Shown here piece after piece: positions 61,296 through 64,000 of a stretch of 64,000 bases of DNA. Under the pieces are notes generated by a model. It did not search any database. It worked only from the letters and a program-made list of their open reading frames with translations, and was not told the origin of the DNA. The DNA comes from Subdoligranulum sp. CAG:314 (GTDB lineage: Bacteria; Bacillota; Clostridia; Christensenellales; CAG-314). Each line of letters starts with the position of its first letter. The first letter of the stretch is position 1. A program made the position numbers and the translations under genes. The stretch lies in assembly GCA_000437915.1 (NCBI GenBank), contig FR901000.1, forward strand, positions 183,244 through 247,243, read 5' to 3'.

Positions 61296-62372
61296 ATGAA
61301 AATAATCCATTGCGCCGACCTTCATCTCGACTCCAAGCTCGCGGGACTGAGCCACAACAAAGCCATTGCCCGCAGGCAGGAGCTGACCGACACATTCAGA
61401 AGCCTTGCGGCGCAGGCTGCCGAAAACAAAATAGACGCCGTCGTCATAGCGGGCGATTTGTTTGACGACAGGTTCGCGTCGGCGCGCACCAAAAACGAGG
61501 TCGCGGATATACTCGCGGGCTGCGGCTCCGTGCATTTTTATCTGCTTGCGGGCAATCACGACGGAGGCTTCGACGAGGCGTTTGTCAAAAGACTGCCCCC
61601 CAACGCGCATATTTTCGCAAAAAACGGCGTGACGCGCTTTGACCTGAACGAGGTGAGCTTTTTCGGCGCGGAGGGCGAAAGCCTGTCCCCCGCTCTATTG
61701 GAAAGCATCGAAATGGAGCCGTCCCGCTTCAACGTGCTTGTCACTCACGCAGACCTCGCGGCAAAAAGCAGTTACGGAGGACTCGACCTCAGACTGCTGC
61801 GGGACAAGCCCGTAGACTATGTTGCGCTGGGGCACATACACCGCCCCTATCTGACGCGGGCGGGACGCGGGCACGCGGCTTACTCGGGATGTCTGGAATG
61901 CAGAGGCTTCGACGAGCCGGGCGAGCACGGATTTTATCTGTTGAAGACGCACCTTGCGGCGGACGACCCCAACCGCATAATTTTCGTGCCCTTTACCCGT
62001 CGGGTTTGCTACGAAATCAACCTTGACGTATCGGACGCGGGCAGCCGCACGGAGCTTGTCGAGAAGCTTAAAAGCGCTCTTTCGGGAGTGCGCTCCGACG
62101 ATATGCTGAGCTTAACCCTTACGGGAGAAGCCGCCGAGGGGCTGGACGCGGAAACGGCGCTCACGCCGTTTCTTGAAAGCAATTTCTATGCGGTAAGAAT
62201 CAAAAACAAAACCAAAATAAAAATAGAGCCTGACAAATACGCCGACGACGTGTCCCTCAAAGCGGAGTTCGTGCGCACGGCAATGCAGGCGGGGCTGGAC
62301 GACGAAACGCTAAGGGACGTCCTTAAATACGGCTTCAACGCGCTGATGAACGAGGAGATCGATTTGCTGTGA
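61296..62372 (+). CDS. SbcD/YhaO-like DNA repair exonuclease (metallophosphoesterase)
   Basis: 358 aa with MKIIHCADLHLDS, IAGDLFDD, LLAGNHD and ALGHIH. Confidence 0.85.
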   Translation: MKIIHCADLHLDSKLAGLSHNKAIARRQELTDTFRSLAAQAAENKIDAVVIAGDLFDDRFASARTKNEVADILAGCGSVHFYLLAGNHDGGFDEAFVKRLPPNAHIFAKNGVTRFDLNEVSFFGAEGESLSPALLESIEMEPSRFNVLVTHADLAAKSSYGGLDLRLLRDKPVDYVALGHIHRPYLTRAGRGHAAYSGCLECRGFDEPGEHGFYLLKTHLAADDPNRIIFVPFTRRVCYEINLDVSDAGSRTELVEKLKSALSGVRSDDMLSLTLTGEAAEGLDAETALTPFLESNFYAVRIKNKTKIKIEPDKYADDVSLKAEFVRTAMQAGLDDETLRDVLKYGFNALMNEEIDLL

Positions 62373-64000
62373 AAATCAGGGAAATTTACGTAAAAAGCTT
62401 CGGATGTCTTTCCGACTTCAAAAAGGAATTTCACGACGGCTTCAACGCGGTGACCGAGAACAACGGCTTCGGCAAAACGACGCTGGCAACCTTTGTCAAG
62501 GCTATGTTCTACTCGCTCGGTTATTCCCGTTCAAGCGCGTTGGAAGAAAACGAGCTAAAACGCTTCCGTCCCTGGAACAGCACGGAAAAATTCGGCGGCA
62601 GCGTGACATTCGAGCATGACGGAAAGCTTTATCGGATAGAACGAACCTTCGGCGCCACCCAAAAGGACGAAACCGCTTTTCTCGTGGATTTTGAAAAAAA
62701 CAAAAAAACCGACGTGAGCAAGTCCGATTTGGGAAAAAGACTTTTCGGCATAGACGCGGCTGCGTTTGAAAGATGTCTGTACCTGCCGCAAAAACAAATA
62801 GAAATAAAAAGCAACGACAGCTTTGTGGAAAAGCTGAGCAACCTGCTCGACAACGCGGAGGACAACAACAACTTTTCCGCAGCGACTGCAAGGCTGAGAG
62901 AGTTTTCCAAAAAGCTCAGGCTTGAAAGAGGCAGCGGCGGTCTGCTCTTTGAAACGGAGCAAAAAAAGCGACAGCTCGAAGCGCAGCTGTGCCGACAGCA
63001 GGAGGCGCAGCGCAAGCTGGACGAAAACCGCAGACAAACTCTCGACGCGCTGCGCGCGGCGGAAAAGGGAAGCGCACGGCTAAAAGCCCTCGACGCGCAG
63101 CTCAAATCGCTGGAAAAACAACGGCAGAACGCGCAGGCGGCGGGACTCAAACAAATTGTTCTTCAACGGCAGTCCGAGCTGGAACAGAAGCTGGACGCGC
63201 TCGAAGCAAAACAGTCCGAGCTTAAAGCTCCGCAAAAAAAGCCCTCCAAAAAATTTACTCTTTGCGCCTGTGCGGGAGCGCTGGTTCTCGCCGCGCTGTC
63301 CGTGCTGTTCTTTTGTCTCAATCAGGCGGCGGCGGGCGGCATTTTCGCCGCGCTGCTCGCGGCAGGCGCGGCAGCCTGTTTTTTTGTGAGAAAAAAACGA
63401 CTGAAAACGCTGGAAGAAAATTTCAGAACGCAAAGCCGAGCGCTGGAAGCCGAAAAGCAGACGGTCGTCGGACTGCTTGAAAAAGCACGGCGGGAGCTGA
63501 CGCAGTGCGCGGCCGCCGACGCCTGCGAGTTTGACGAAAAAATTTACGGACAGACGCTCGCAGAGCGCGAAAAACTTGCGGCGGAGCTTTCCGCACGGCA
63601 GGCGCTTCTCGCGCAGCTGAAAACCGAGGCGGAGTTTCTTGCAAGGGACACGGGAGACGTCGCGGACACGGAAAATATGCTGGACAACGCAACGGAAAGA
63701 CTCGAAGCTCTGCGCAAAAAATACTATACCGCCCAAACGACTATGAGACTGCTTGCCCAAGCCAAAGAAAAGCTCACCACCGCTTACGCGCCAAAGCTTA
63801 GAGAAAACTTTTTGAGTCTCGTTTCTCAAGCCACCGACGGAGCGTTCAGCGACGCGATAGTATCCGCCGATTTCAGAACGGAGCTGACGGCGGACGGAGC
63901 GACAAGGGAAATGGGTTATTTTTCCAAAGGCACGCGGGAGCTGTCCGACTTTTGCCTGAGGCTCGCCCTGATAAAAACCATGTACGGAGGCAATCCCCCC
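62369..64000 (+). CDS. YhaN/SbcC-like AAA ATPase with coiled coils (3' end off the window)
   Basis: The GTG at 62369 overlaps the upstream TGA (GTGA). The frame is open for all 544 codons to the window edge. Walker A is ENNGFGKTT. Long Gln/Glu/Leu-rich coiled coils follow, with a hydrophobic hairpin near 63255..63390. It is absent from the ORF track because there is no stop in the window. Confidence 0.8.
   Translation, partial: MKIREIYVKSFGCLSDFKKEFHDGFNAVTENNGFGKTTLATFVKAMFYSLGYSRSSALEENELKRFRPWNSTEKFGGSVTFEHDGKLYRIERTFGATQKDETAFLVDFEKNKKTDVSKSDLGKRLFGIDAAAFERCLYLPQKQIEIKSNDSFVEKLSNLLDNAEDNNNFSAATARLREFSKKLRLERGSGGLLFETEQKKRQLEAQLCRQQEAQRKLDENRRQTLDALRAAEKGSARLKALDAQLKSLEKQRQNAQAAGLKQIVLQRQSELEQKLDALEAKQSELKAPQKKPSKKFTLCACAGALVLAALSVLFFCLNQAAAGGIFAALLAAGAAACFFVRKKRLKTLEENFRTQSRALEAEKQTVVGLLEKARRELTQCAAADACEFDEKIYGQTLAEREKLAAELSARQALLAQLKTEAEFLARDTGDVADTENMLDNATERLEALRKKYYTAQTTMRLLAQAKEKLTTAYAPKLRENFLSLVSQATDGAFSDAIVSADFRTELTADGATREMGYFSKGTRELSDFCLRLALIKTMYGGNPP

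Noticed and set aside
1-64000. CRISPR arrays, transposases, IS elements, prophage modules, and toxin-antitoxin or known defence-system gene sets.
   Set aside because: Reading both strands, I found no regularly spaced short repeats and no ORF with transposase, integrase, Cas, restriction-modification or reverse-transcriptase motifs. The only tandem repeat seen is the 31-bp duplication at 21520..21582.

Overview
This 64 kb window looks like chromosomal DNA from a moderately GC-rich, endospore-forming Firmicute, probably Clostridia-like. The supporting genes are spoIIE, a split transketolase, a type III glutamine synthetase, ktrAB, trxAB, ychF, uppP, ung, alr, tadA and rlmH. All calls come from reading the ORF track and the sequence, using remembered family motifs. 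No database search was run. Coding density is high and I saw no transposase, integrase, CRISPR array or rRNA. One tRNA-Ala(GGC) has its own consensus promoter and terminator. The most striking content is a set of lipoprotein-anchored surface proteins. They are built from Listeria-Bacteroides (Flg_new / InlB B-repeat) modules, Fn3-like modules and BspA-type leucine-rich repeats. They occupy four loci: a 2,832-aa giant at 5857..14355, then 23804..25363, 46267..49829 and 59540..61132. Two of these loci sit divergently from a small regulator (TetR, MarR), with repeated palindromic candidate operators in the intergenic DNA. Three genes show lesions that can be read directly from the sequence. An A5 homopolymer frameshift splits one LRR gene. 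A 31-bp tandem duplication frameshifts a winged-helix regulator. An in-frame TAG truncates a LysR regulator whose downstream frame still looks like a LysR C-terminus. Other points worth a second look are a low-GC two-gene islet (S8 peptidase plus lipoprotein), a YdjI/YdjG-like SPFH plus zinc-ribbon pair, an ABC ATPase fused to a large polytopic domain, an orphan 2-TM helical protein co-transcribed with a cysteine-desulfidase-like gene, and two apparently leaderless mRNAs. I did not recognise any complete, clearly novel multi-gene system. The candidates above are ranked honestly and all need database and structure checks.
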